A DNA stretch of 63,935 nt, the filler included, from Octopus bimaculoides (taxonomy: Eukaryota), in assembly GCF_001194135.2 (NCBI RefSeq). It is 6 parts of 5 records of this genome, joined end to end, with 100 filler letters (N's around TTAATTAATTAA, not from the genome) between each part and the next. Parts side by side here need not be neighbours in the genome. Positions count along the whole stretch, not along the records: positions 1 to 29,847 come from NC_068989.1; 5 more parts are not named here. One strand, given 5' to 3'. The translations under genes and the position numbers were made by a program. The first letter of the stretch is position 1; the number at the start of each line of letters is the position of its first letter. This document shows positions 1 to 13,324 of this stretch, piece by piece. The notes under the pieces are model-generated. The model worked only from the letters and a program-made list of their open reading frames with translations, did not search any database and was not told the DNA's origin.

Positions 1-274
1 ATATATATATATATATATATAGCTTTCATACTTACATACATATTTACTATCAATGTATCTATATATCACGGTATCGACCACACTATCAAATGTTGTTATA
101 CATCGCTGGTCACAATGCGCTTCGCATTCTTTTAACTTTCTAATTACGACAGCCCGCTGGCTTGGCAAGCAGACCAATATGTGTATGTATGTATGTATGT
201 ATGTATGTATGTATGTATACATATACACACACATACACAAGCACACACACATATATATATGTATGTATATATAG

Positions 275-520
275 TTGTGTCTGTGTTTGGTAACGGGTTA
301 TGGGTGTATTTACATTTTCCTAAATTAGCGCTTCGGCAAAAGAAACCGATAGAATAATTAAGTACCAGCGTTTTCAAAAAAAAAAAAAAAAAAAAAAGCA
401 ACAAATTAATAAAATAAAAACAAACAAGAAAAAAACGAAGTATTGGGATCGATTCGTTTGGCTAAAATTCTCCAAGGCGGTGTCCCAGCATGACTGCAGT
501 CTAATGGCTGAAACAATTAA
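275..520 (+). mobile_element. SINE family C 3' region
   Basis: TTCGGCAAAAGAAACCGATAGAATAA..GATCGATTCG..AAGGCGGTGTCCCAGCATGACTGCAGTC..CTGAAAC; related copies at 16198-16385 (+), 3958-4002 (-), 43305-43460 (-). Confidence 0.7.
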
Positions 521-1185
521 AAAATAAAGAAGATTAAAGATTAAAGATAAAAGATTGAATATAAAGGATATGTTGGAAGACAGATCTCTGAGTCAGGACT
601 CGTCGATCTGGGCTGACCTGATTTTACATAACATCAGCAAGTTAAACAACGACAAGAAGACCAAGAATAAAAGAAACTCAGAAAAACAACATTAATGTGA
701 ACACACACATAAACACATAAGTTGTTTGTCTTCAAGTAAGGTATACAATATTGAGCTGAACAATTTAAATATTTATTCAATAGAATATCAGTGTGTTTCT
801 CACGGCAGAATGTCGTTTCTTTTATTTTTGTCATTTCATGAGATTATTTCAAAATTGCTATAAATAAAATGAATCTAATATGAAAATGAATTTATCTCAA
901 AACTAAAATATTACAAAGAAAAAAAAAGAAACAAAAACAAACAAACAAAGAAATCAAAATAAAATGAAATAAAATAAAATGAAATCGATTCTGTGCATTC
1001 GATTCGTTTATTTCAATCCTCTTGTTCCCAAGTAACAACAATTTTACAGGAAACGATTCTCAACTAATTTAGAACTGCTCACACACACACACACGTCTTA
1101 CGTATGTGTGTGTGGGTGGCTGAGTGTGTGTCTGTATTTTTGCGCTATGTATCTCATACATATATGTTAGAATAATACACACACG

Positions 1186-1231
<46 letters not shown>

Positions 1232-1303
1232 TATATGTGTGTGTACAATATATATTTATCACACGCACATACACACACAGATAAAATAGAGCGATATATA
1301 TAT

Positions 1304-1350
<47 letters not shown>

Positions 1351-2245
1351 TATGTATGTAGATATATATNNNNNNNNNNNNNNNNNNNNNNNNNNNNNNN
1401 NNNNNNNNNNNNNNNNNNNNNNNNNNNNNNNNNNNNNNNNNNNNNNNNNNNNNNNNNNNNNNNNNNNNNNNNNNNNNNNNNNNNNNNNNNNNNNNNNNNN
1501 NNNNNNNNNNNNNNNNNNNNNNNNNNNNNNNNNNNNNNNNNNNNNNNNNNNNNNNNNNNNNNNNNNNNNNNNNNNNNNNNNNNNNNNNNNNNNNNNNNNN
1601 NNNNNNNNNNNNNNNNNNNNNNNNNNNNNNNNNNNNNNNNNNNNNNNNNNNNNNNNNNNNNNNNNNNNNNNNNNNNNNNNNNNNNNNNNNNNNNNNNNNN
1701 NNNNNNNNNNNNNNNNNNNNNNNNNNNNNNNNNNNNNNNNNNNNNNNNNNNNNNNNNNNNNNNNNNNNNNNNNNNNNNNNNNNNNNNNNNNNNNNNNNNN
1801 NNNNNNNNNNNNNNNNNNNNNNNNNNNNNNNNNNNNNNNNNNNNNNNNNNNNNNNNNNNNNNNNNNNNNNNNNNNNNNNNNNNNNNNNNNNNNNNNNNNN
1901 NNNNNNNNNNNNNNNNNNNNNNNNNNNNNNNNNNNNNNNNNNNNNNNNNNNNNNNNNNNNNNNNNNNNNNNNNNNNNNNNNNNNNNNNNNNNNNNNNNNN
2001 NNNNNNNNNNNNNNNNNNNNNNNNNNNNNNNNNNNNNNNNNNNNNNNNNNNNNNNNNNNNNNNNNNNNNNNNNNNNNNNNNNNNNNNNNNNNNNNNNNNN
2101 NNNNNNNNNNNNNNNNNNNNNNNNNNNNNNNNNNNNNNNNNNNNNNNNNNNNNNNNNNNNNNNNNNNNNNNNNNNNNNNNNNNNNNNNNNNNNNNNNNNN
2201 NNNNNNNNNNNNNNNNNNNNNNNNNNNNNNNNNNNNNNNNNNNNN

Positions 2246-2294
<49 letters not shown>

Positions 2295-4568
2295 GCGTGT
2301 ATCTTTGTGTTTGTTTTTATCACACCCCACCGCTTAATAACCGGTGCCGGTTTGTTTACGTCATTGTTAGAAAATATTTCTCTCCGTTCACTTTGTATGT
2401 AATAACACACCTAGCCCAGCTCCACTTACCATCAACGGATTACCGAACCCAGTGTTTCAGTGTGATTTCGCCTCCTCATTGACAGGAAGCATCTTTGAAG
2501 TTAGAATCGCATATATATCTGTATATAGAATATATGTCAATACATAGAAAAGTAAACATTACTTGCTATGTTTAAATACACACATATGCGCGCGTTCGCA
2601 CACATATAGTTAGGGACACACACACATACAGAACATATTGCATGTTAAATATATCATATATTTTATACATATATACATAGACACACATGTGTGTATTTTT
2701 GGATGTAGTATATAATATATATGTGTGTGTGTGTACGTATGAGTGTATTGTATGTATGTTTTTTAACCCTCGGCNNNNNNNNNNATATATATATGTGTGT
2801 GTATGTATATATATGTATGTTTATATATACATACATACATACATACATACATACATGTATATATATCTAGGTACGTTTGTGCAACTATTATTATTCCGGA
2901 ATGTATCACACGCAACACAATCAGAATTTAACGAGGAAATCCCCTTCGGAGACTAAAAATTCATTACATCGATATCATTTCGGATAATTTCGCGTAAAAA
3001 CAGCGACGGAGGTGACGGAATGGATGGAAGGAGCGAGATAGAAACGACTGTTTCGCCGAACCCCGGGAATTGCAAAATTGTAGGGCATCCAACAATTGTT
3101 TGAGATATCCGGAGCGACGGCGGTGGTGATGGCGGTGGTGGTGGTCGCGGCAGCGCTGTGCGGGGGCAGTGGAAAGATACAATTGGTGGAATAGAACAAT
3201 AGAATCCCCTGCATCCTGTGAGACTGCGGCTTTAAGCATTTGTCTCATTAATTTTGTTGATGTTATTAATGCAATAGTCGTAGTTTTATTGAGTGCTTCC
3301 ACTGCAAAAGCGACCAACAGCACACAACAGCTCGTTTGAGTTGTATATTAAATACATTACAATATTTACTAAAAGTGCAGACTTGGCAGTGTCGGTTAGA
3401 GCATTGCGTAGAAACAGCCTACGGTATTCATTCCGAATTACTGTCCACTGAGTTCAAAATCCTACGCTGTGCACCTTGTACGTAAGCATTTTCGTAAATG
3501 CTTGATGAAGCAACTGTTAAATTCTGGTGTCAGTACTTTTTTGTTTTTTTCTCTCTCTGTTTATTTAGCTTTCTATGTATTTCATTCTTGTTCCGATGTG
3601 AGGGTGGGCATAACGCACGGGACCACAAATCAGCTCCTTATGGTCGAAGCTGATTCCTTACTGGAATTGTCCTGGTACAGACCGATGTACAGCTCAGGAT
3701 GCAATGGAAATAAAGACATTATATAGTATAAAGAATATATATATATATATNNNNNNNNNNNNNNNNNNNNNNNNNNNNNNNNNNNNNNNNNNNNNNNNNN
3801 NNNNNNNNNNNNNNNNNNNNNNNNNNNNNNNNNNNNNNNNNNNNNNNNNNNNNNNNNNNNNNNNNNNNNNNNNNNNNNNNNNNNNNNNNNNNNNNNNNNN
3901 NNNNNNNNNNNNNNNNNNNNNNNNNNNTTTATGTATATATATATATATATATATATATTCTTTTATTTGTTTCAGTCATTTGACTGTGACCATGCTGGAT
4001 TCTTTATGCTACATCATCATCATTATTATTAAAGAACGGCAGAAGTTGCAGTAACTCAAGGGCCGAGAGTTTGTAGGCAGAAACTGTGCGGAAGCTCGTC
4101 AGAAGCTCTATTACTGTTGTTGGTTTGTGGTCTTAGTTCGCATCCTAGTTTAACGCCACTTCCTACCCCTAAAGTGCATTTAGTGGAGAATATACTGCTG
4201 CTAGTATTCAGACCATCTCCCAGGACTGTTTTTCCTTTTCTAAGTAAGGTCTCTACTTATATTTATAAATACACACACATCTCAATTCAAATGTAAAGTC
4301 TTTTGTTGACATTCAACACATTTTACTTTCATCAGTCGGGGTCAGTTATTTAAGAAGGGAGTAAATTTCTATACTGCTGTTCAGTATGTTAGAAATAGCA
4401 GTCAAATTATCCTCAAATCAAATCCTACTACTTTGGAAAATGATGGACGCTTTAGATTATGTTGTTTTAGATTATGGTATGTTTGCCAAGAAAAAAAAAA
4501 AAAGAAGGAAAAATGTGATGTTCATGATAGGAACATCTGACTATTAATCTGTCGATCGTCTGCTTTTT

Positions 4569-4721
4569 ACGTTCTGAGTTCAAATTTTGCCGAGGTCGAT
4601 TTTGCCTTTCATCCTTTTGGGGTCGATAAATTAAGTATCAGTTGCGTACTGGGGTCGAGCTAATCGACTGACTCCCTCCCCCAAAATTTCGGGCATTGTG
4701 CTTAGAGTAGAAAAGATTATT
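4569..4721 (+). mobile_element. SINE family A (tRNA head + Meta/MESC-like core), partial
   Basis: GAGTTCAAAT..GAGGTCGATTTTGCCTTTCATCC..GGGGTCGATAAATTAAGTA core, repeated about 10 times in the window. Confidence 0.85.
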
Positions 4722-4730
4722 AATCTGTCA

Positions 4731-4948
4731 AAGGCAGTGGACTAGCAGAACCGTTAGCACGGACAAAATGCTTAGCGACATTTCTTCCGGCTCATTATGT
4801 TCTGAGGTTAAATTCCGCCGAGGTCGACTTTGCCTTTCATCCTTTCGGGGTCATTAAAATAAGCACCAGTTGAGTACACTGCAGGGCATAATCGGTTATC
4901 TTTCTTATTCAGAACTTCAGTTCTTGTGACTATAGAAAAAGAAAAATT
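4731..4948 (+). mobile_element. SINE family A, near full length
   Basis: A-box-like GGCAGTGGACTAGCAGAACCGTTAG head plus the family core; tandem with the previous copy. Confidence 0.85.
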
Positions 4949-5967
4949 CGTTATCTATCAGCTCGACCAAGGTTGAACGGGGGCCAAAAAACAAAAACAA
5001 AGCAAAGCAAAACAAAAAGAAACCAAAACAAAACAAAAACAACTATGCATCTCACAACAGTAACATCTATACCACCATTACCACCACTACCACCGCCATT
5101 ATAATAATCTCACCCCTTCCTTTGGCTCTGATTAGTTAGTGAGTTATACAGATGCAGTCAAAACCGGAAATATTTTTTTATATTTATCCCAAGACAATCC
5201 TTCCCAGCAATGGCATTGCATATTTTTCAGCAGCGACTCCGTTCCACATAGGAAGGCCATGCCTTAATAACATTTTTTAACAGCAGTTAATCACATTTAC
5301 AATATCATTTTACAGAATTGTAAAATAATGGACATTTTTGGTTGCATCTTGGGAGTTTGATGATTTCAATATCACTTTTGTTCAAAAAGTATTTTATAGC
5401 TATTTGCTTTCATAGCACCTTCGAGTATGACATGGTGTCCATGAATTAAAAAATGTCTACACTTCTTTACAAAAGTCGCATCATTCTTAGCTTCGGGAAA
5501 ATACTTAAGCATAAACACTTTCTGACATGCAGATAGTTTCTCCTCCAGGTCTACCTGGTCGAGATAGGTTTGTCCAGATAGTGAAGGGCCTCGTGTTCGA
5601 ATTAGACAAGGAATGCTTCTTGAAAGATCGTCTGCCTTCTGAAATGCCTCATGTTGCTCTTCTCACATTTAAACATATGTTTCACGTATTCTATTTAATA
5701 CTATCGTTTAGCAGATATCTGCGGCGTCAAATGTGAATCTATTTGATCCATGGACACCCTTCGATGCATTGATTAAAGAGATAGGATGCGACATTTAAAG
5801 TTTGTTTGAATAGATTATACAGGCGCAGGAGTGGCTGTGTGGTATATATTTGTACCACCGATAAGCAGAGAATTGTCGAAACTAGTCTGATATGTGAATA
5901 AATCTATTTAAAAACGACTACATGTTTTTTAGACTCGGGTGCATTTTCAGACCCCAAAACAAATTCT

Positions 5968-6000
<33 letters not shown>

Positions 6001-6961
6001 NNNNNNNNNNNNNNNNNNNNNNNNNNNNNNNNNNNNNNNNNNNNNNNNNNNNNNNNNNNNNNNNNNNNNNNNNNNNNNNNNNNNNNNNNNNNNNNNNNNN
6101 NNNNNNNNNNNNNNNNNNNNNNNNNNNNNNNNNNNNNNNNNNNNNNNNNNNNNNNNNNNNNNNNNNNNNNNNNNNNNNNNNNNNNNNNNNNNNNNNNNNN
6201 NNNNNNNNNNNNNNNNNNNNNNNNNNNNNNNNNNNNNNNNNNNNNNNNNNNNNNNNNNNNNNNNNNNNNNNNNNNNNNNNNNNNNNNNNNNNNNNNNNNN
6301 NNNNNNNNNNNNNNNNNNNNNNNNNNNNNNNNNNNNNNNNNNNNNNNNNNNNNNNNNNNNNNNNNNNNNNNNNNNNNNNNNNNNNNNNNNNNNNNNNNNN
6401 NNNNNNNNNNNNNNNNNNNNNNNNNNNNNNNNNNNNNNNNNNNNNNNNNNNNNNNNNNNNNNNNNNNNNNNNNNNNNNNNNNNNNNNNNNNNNNNNNNNN
6501 NNNNATATATATATACAAGGCACAAGATTCTGACATACCCTTAGTTGGTATTTGTTCGCTTTGTCTATGCTTCTTTTATCAAACTTGTTTCTGCCAAATC
6601 CACCCATAAGATATCCCCGTTAGCGTTTCTGGTTCTGTACCTTTTTCCAAATATCAAGTCTCTTCTCAGCTTTTTTTCCACCCCTGAAATTTCTATCACA
6701 GTCCCAACATTATCACGATTGATACTACATTCTTTAATGTAAGGCACAGATTGTTTCTTTTCGGTGTCTATCCACACTGTCTCTTAACCGAACTCAGTTT
6801 TCTCATTTCAGATTTTCCCTCAGATTAACTCCGAATCTTCACGAGAAGAAGTTTCTGAGGTTCCTATGTATGTTCATCCATCTATCTGTTGAAGGCTGAA
6901 TGGTTTCAACTGAATTTGTTCATTTACCTTTCATTCCTCTCTTCCGATAAAGGTGTTTCTC

Positions 6962-7085
6962 TTTGACAGCTATTAACTGACAGCTTCTCCCCGATAGCTT
7001 ACTGATAGCTGTTACCTGACAGCTTCTATCTAACAGCTTCTACCTTACAGTTTCTCCCAAATAGTCTACTGACAGCTTTTAACTC
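6962..7085. repeat. Degenerate minisatellite, about 9 units of 10-15 bp (TGACAGCTTCT-like)
   Basis: Repeated GACAGCT/GATAGCT motifs. Confidence 0.7.
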
Positions 7086-8104
7086 CAGATGACCGAAACC
7101 ACTTATTACTTGAGTGTTCTGTTTTTCCCATCTTCATGGTTTCTATTTTACCTTTAATTTTTCTATTGGTAAGAAGTGTAGTTATTTATTTATTTGTGAT
7201 CGATAATCATTATCATAAAAACTGACACCCTTCTGCGTATTAATAATCATGTTACGTTTTAAATCCATGGCGGATTTTTTAATGTTTTGCCATTATTTAT
7301 TTATTTCGAACCTTCCAGAGGCTGCTTGGCAATTGTGGAAAGAGCATATAAATAGCTGTTTATTTTCCATAACTCTTGCAAATATTATCTGCTCATATAG
7401 TTAATACTCAATCAGTCTTTATCAATACTTGTCAAATATTGTCTGTCTTAAAGAGGGAGTTTGAAAAACGAAATAATCTTATCTTGAGACACTTTAAGAA
7501 ACCATTCAGTTCTTTGTTTTCTTCAATCTCTCAACTCATAATTATTACCGTGACAGCAGCTGCAATAGTCATTGATACATTACGGTTGACAGTCAGCTAT
7601 ACTGCAGGGGGGAAAATGGTAGCAATCGAAGTCAAGTCTATTGTCATACGTGTTGTCTGCATGTGTGTTTCAGGGATATATTCACTGACTGCTATTTGTG
7701 TACTGGACACACTTCTGGGAATAATATTACAATCACCAATCCTCCTGTTGTGTCCAATAAATTTTGGTTGTTGTTATAATTGTTTTGTCGGGAATTAATT
7801 TAGCTATGGGTGAAGTTTGTCTCAGTATATTTTCATTCTGTTCGAATACCATACAGACGGGACTTTTTTTTTCCTATTTTATAGTAATTACATAAGTCAA
7901 TATTAAGTTCATAACTCCAAGAAAAATGTAACTTTATAGATTCAATTTCTTCTGTAGCTGCAACTGATTTGATTCCATTTACCCTGACCGATACTGTCAT
8001 GTATATATATATATATATATATACATACATACGCACACACATATATATGTATATATACATATATATGCATATGTGTGTGTGTTTATATACATAATACACA
8101 TATT

Positions 8105-8143
<39 letters not shown>

Positions 8144-9415
8144 CACAAGAATCTAAGTAGTACAGTTTTATACAATAAGTTGAAACGCTTGCCAACAGCT
8201 ATATTTTGGTCAGATGCACATGAAACTAAGAAATAGAATTTCTGTTCATCTAAGTGAGAGATTGAATCACTGAATTTGCCAACGTCTCAACAGGTTGTCG
8301 AGGCTATGACTTTTATGTCTGAGCGAATTAAACAAATGGAAACAGTGACACTCAAATATACCACACGAAGAAAATACGAAATATTTGATACAAAACAACG
8401 TGGGGCATATACGTATTTTGGTGGGTTTTCACCTCGTCAGCTGCTGTTGAACCAAAGACAATCACTCATTTAGCCACACAGTACATCTATCGCTGATGGC
8501 GTAGGTTAGCTAATAAGTGATAAATAAATCAGTGACAAATGAACCATCCCACGCACTCTGTAAATAAAACGAATGAGTATATTTATTGTCACGAAGCACT
8601 CGGCTCAGAGCAATGAAGTTTCCACGGTCACATATTTTCCTGGCCACTGCTACCCTTTCCGGTAGAGAACGCACTCATGGCCGAATATTCCAGAGACATG
8701 AGTACCCTTAACGCAATTATCAGTTAAAAGTCAGCTTGGCACAGCGTGTGACGGCTGTAGACTTAAAAATTATATGTAGAATCCAATCCGACGGTTCACC
8801 ATATTTCTGCACACGCATTCAGTACAGCGCAACTTGAGGCTACAGATGTTTCATGTTCGATCTCATGCAGGATCGAAGCCGGATCGAAGATGAGATCGCG
8901 AAGCATAATTGTTAACCATTCAACCATACAGACACATATAAAAGATTTGTTTCTATAGATTAAGAATGATAGAAATTCATACAGAAGCGCGCATACACAC
9001 CTGAGGACACGCACACAAACACATCCATGCACACAAACACAAACAAACACACACGTGAAGCAACCTTTGTTTTCCAAACTTATCTTATATACGACAGTCA
9101 CCCAATCACCAGTGAAGTACAATGTTGGTCGTTCTAGAAAAGTACATCCAAACAGAAGAAAGAGAAATAGGTTAATTTTGTGTATGCATGTAGTGAGAAT
9201 TTACAAAAAAAACAAAACAAAAAACAAAAGACGAAGACGGGTGTGTAAACAACAAACAGATGTATTAGTTTATCTAATACATGTATCAGTTTATATATAT
9301 ATATGTTTCGAGGACGATAAGATTTTCAAAAGAAAACAGTTTTTACGTTCAAATTTCATTCACACACACATGTCTATTTTGTATGTATGTATGTTTATAT
9401 GTACATGTATGTATG

Positions 9416-9449
<34 letters not shown>

Positions 9450-9467
9450 TGTATGTATGTATGTATG

Positions 9468-9505
<38 letters not shown>

Positions 9506-9919
9506 CACATACATGCATACGATTGTATTCAAAGATTTGTAACATAAATTTTAGTAGACGTAAAACACGCCATCACATAATTTTCATGATTTATGATGTT
9601 TTTCTGTGAAATAAAAGTACCAAGTCTTAAAGCAGATATTTTCTCATTCATCTTTTCCATATTTATTTTAAATAGATGCGCCGTTGATCATAAAAGTGCC
9701 GTAACTTTTGACGACAAGAAGTACAGTTTCGTGCAAAAGTCTTCGACCAATTTAAACTGTTATAAATTTCTACTATTTGTCAACTTAGAAGTGGATGTTT
9801 CGCCTTGCATTTTTCACATATGGAACATTGGCCCTGTTGGAGTCATTTCCATACCTAATCATTATATTTTATAGTAGGGGTTTTGAATGAGAAGGGATAA
9901 TGCTAGACGACCCCAAAAA

Positions 9920-10207
9920 TTGCCGTGCAAAAATTTTCGGCTACCTCACATAATCCAATCAAGATACTGTATTTTGAAACAGAAAAAATTGTCTATAATG
10001 ATAATTTTTTTTTATATAATATTCATTTCAAGAACTTACTGTACATTGTTAATATTTCATGTGGCTTCCCTTAGCTTCAAGAATTGATTTGGTGCGCCTG
10101 GGAAGAGATGCATACAAATCCTTCACATTCTTCACAGGTATGAGATGCCATTCTCTGTGGCTGAGCTCCCACAAGTCTTCAAGATTGCGTGGATTCATAT
10201 GGGGCCC
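9920..10207 (-). mobile_element. Tc1-like transposon 3' remnant
   Basis: 10207-10049 encodes PHMNPRNLEDLWELSHREWHLIPVKNVKDLYASLPRRTKSILEAKGSHMKY*, a typical Tc1 transposase C-terminus; TIR-like TGCCGTGCAAAAATTTT at about 9921. Confidence 0.75.
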
Positions 10208-10254
10208 TTACAAAATCCGATAATAAGTATAGATGCAAATCTATCTAATTACTT

Positions 10255-10322
10255 GTCTTCTTCTAAAGGCATAACCTGGTGATCGGTCGACTTACAACAC
10301 CGTTTTTCGTCTTGAGTTTACT
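10255..10322 (-). mobile_element. Possible BEL/Pao LTR-retrotransposon pol C-terminal scrap
   Basis: KLKTKNGVVSRPITRLCL resembles the V-x-T-x-x-G-x-x-x-RP-I-x-KLC-x-L end of BEL/Pao integrase; very short. Confidence 0.4.
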
Positions 10323-10592
10323 TGGGTAGAGTGTGTTTTACCAAGAGATTGGTTGTTTTTAACACATTCACAAATGGCGGAGGTAATATAATACATATCC
10401 ACGAATATATACTACACACGTTTATGCGTACATGGATAGATCCATACAAACATGCACGCATACACAAAACGATAATCTTACACGCATACACATACTCACA
10501 CCGCAATGCTTATGTATATAATCTCAAATACATAAGCATACATACATAGATACAGACGCCCACACATGCACACATATATGTTTGTATGTATG

Positions 10593-10624
<32 letters not shown>

Positions 10625-11406
10625 NNNNNNNNNNNNNNNNNNNNNNNNNNNNNNNNNNNNNNNNNNNNNNNNNNNNNNNNNNNNNNNNNNNNNNNNNNNN
10701 NNNNNNNNNNNNNNNNNNNNNNNNNNNNNNNNNNNNNNNNNNNNNNNNNNNNNNNNNNNNNNNNNNNNNNNNNNNNNNNNNNNNNNNNNNNNNNNNNNNN
10801 NNNNNNNNNNNNNNNNNNNNNNNNNNNNNNNNNNNNNNNNNNNNNNNNNNNNNNNNNNNNNNNNNNNNNNNNNNNNNNNNNNNNNNNNNNNNNNNNNNNN
10901 NNNNNNNNNNNNNNNNNNNNNNNNNNNNNNNNNNNNNNNNNNNNNNNNNNNNNNNNNNNNNNNNNNNNNNNNNNNNNNNNNNNNNNNNNNNNNNNNNNNN
11001 NNNNNNNNNNNNNNNNNNNNNNNNNNNNNNNNNNNNNNNNNNNNNNNNNNNNNNNNNNNNNNNNNNNNNNNNNNNNNNNNNNNNNNNNNNNNNNNNNNNN
11101 NNNNNNNNNNNNNNNNNNNNNNNNNNNNNNNNNNNNNNNNNNNNNNNNNNNNNNNNNNNNNNNNNNNNNNNNNNNNNNNNNNNNNNNNNNNNNNNNNNNN
11201 NNNNNNNNNNNNNNNNNNNNNNNNNNNNNNNNNNNNNNNNNNNNNNNNNNNNNNNNNNNNNNNNNNNNNACTGCACACATCCTACGCAAAACACTTTCAA
11301 TACAGTAAACATAAGAGCACCACAGCAAACCACAGCACATACCCAAGGCGCACAGAGCTGCGCTCGGTAGTGAAGTGAAAGCACGTTATAAAAATAAAAC
11401 TACTGA

Positions 11407-11438
<32 letters not shown>

Positions 11439-12458
11439 GATGATGATGATGACGAAAGAAAGCATATTTTGTTAAGTTCAACATCACTGATGCCATAGCG
11501 AAAGGTTTTAACTAAGTGTGCTGATGTAATTGTCTGTTTTGCTGACTGTTTGTCTGGCATCAGTCTTTCTCTCTGGAGCTACTCACGTAAGTATAGGTTT
11601 TGTATTGCGGACACATCTGTGAATTTGATCTTTATTTTACTGAAGAAATCTTGCTTTATTAGTCTTTTATGTTCAATCTGGAACAATATCCTTCTTAATA
11701 CAAATAATGTTTCATAACCTTCTCGGTCTCACTCTCTGAATGAAGTGTTGTGTTGATAGCTGTTCTAAGTGCAAACGTTTTGTAGGCGGCAGGATATATA
11801 TATATATATATATATATACGCAAATGCACGCACACACTTACACACACATTTATATATGTGCATAAATACATACATGACTTATGCTGTAAAAGAGGATTCA
11901 AGTTTTGAGTTACTGCATTTTGATTTTGGTCAACTGCAGTAAGAATTTGCTTTTTATGAAATGTATTTTCGTTCGTTAGTTTTTTTCTTCCTACCTGCCC
12001 TATGTAATTTATTTTCACCATAACGTAAGATATTTTCATCACCGTGATTCCTTTTATTATGTTCAGCTATGCTGCTAACTTATTTTTTTAAACAATAATG
12101 TTTAATGTTTTCTGTGAATGCTAAGGTACTATTGTAATGTTTTATAATATACTCAAGCTTTAATGGCAGGAAAAGGTTGCATAAATGTGTACCGAACGGG
12201 TTAAAAAACAAAAATAGAATAACTCATGTGCTTAAGAGTAATTCTTATTCTTATTTTCGTCTTAAAATAAGTACAATAAAATATATAGTAATTATTAGTC
12301 TCTCGCAAAATAGAATAAGCAATCTCATTGAAAAGTGCTGTAAAATATTTACTTTTGCACCCGGCGTGAGAATAAGTTCATTTGAGATTTCTGCATATTG
12401 TTGGTGATAAGTGAACGTATAAATGGGGAAAAAAATCGGTGCACTTTTTTCCCATCAG

Positions 12459-12595
12459 GAGCTGGCTGGAGCATGAATTCTTTCTCTGCTATCATCATCA
12501 ACATCATCATCATCATCATCATCAACAGCAGCATCAGCATCATCAGCATCAGCATCATCAGCATCAGCATCATCAGCATCAGCATCATCATCATC

Positions 12596-12627
<32 letters not shown>

Positions 12628-12780
12628 CATCATTATCATCATAACCACCACCACCACCACCCTACCGCCGCCGTTAATAATGTATATACACAGTTCATAG
12701 GCCTTGCTATATTTATTTCAAGTCTGATATTCATCCTACTCAGGAAGAGTCAAAAAGAAAAGAAAAGAAGTAGTAGATAG
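12459..12780 (+). CDS. Possible terminal exon: His/Gln-rich tract + hydrophobic segment + basic tail
   Basis: ttttttcccatcag acceptor; frame SWLEHEFFLCY-(H/Q)n-PTAAVNNVYTQFIGLAIFISSLIFILLRKSQKEKKRSSR*. May be a (CAT)n microsatellite artefact. Confidence 0.2.
12490..12660. repeat. (CAT/CAG/CAC)n trinucleotide array
   Basis: Direct reading. Confidence 0.95.
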
Positions 12781-13279
12781 TAAAGTTTTAAGATTTACTA
12801 AATATGGTCTTTGTATGACCGCACAGAGAGAAATGGTAGTGTTAATGGAATAAAAAGGAGAATGATGTATACATTTTCGAATACTCAGGGAGAGAGGAAA
12901 GGATAAGTCGTCACACATTAGTTGTAGATATTAAGGGGTTATTTTTTTTTAAAACTGATGGTTTGTGTGTTCGAAAGCTGTAGGTATGTTAGTTTCCTAA
13001 CTTATTTTATTTTGAGGGAAATTTAAAAATAAAAATAATTATTATTATCATTATTATCATTATTATTACTTACGATTTTTTGTTGGACGTTTTTCAATAT
13101 TGTGAATCTAATTAATATTTCTCATCCCCTATGGTAATAGGTTGGGAATTGTATATCAACCGACAATTTTTGGAGCCGTCTATATCGCAATGAATATTTT
13201 ACACCTACATACATATACGCAAATACACATAGATTACATTTATATTTATGATAGGTAAATATATGTGTATATAAATAAA

Positions 13280-13324
<45 letters not shown>

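Noticed and set aside
2428-2495. Minus-strand segment with a perfect ATG|GTAAGT donor
   Set aside because: Stops in all three frames; at most non-coding.
3055-3110. YLKQLLDALQFCNSRG resembles kinase subdomain VIa
   Set aside because: No HRD/DFG follows and no other kinase exons are present; treated as coincidence.
7083-7115. CAGATGACCGAAAC as a hammerhead
   Set aside because: Core mutated and no stem II or III can form.
7376-7798. 140-aa hydrophobic plus-strand ORF
   Set aside because: No ATG start, splice signals or family motif; composition fits decayed simple repeats.
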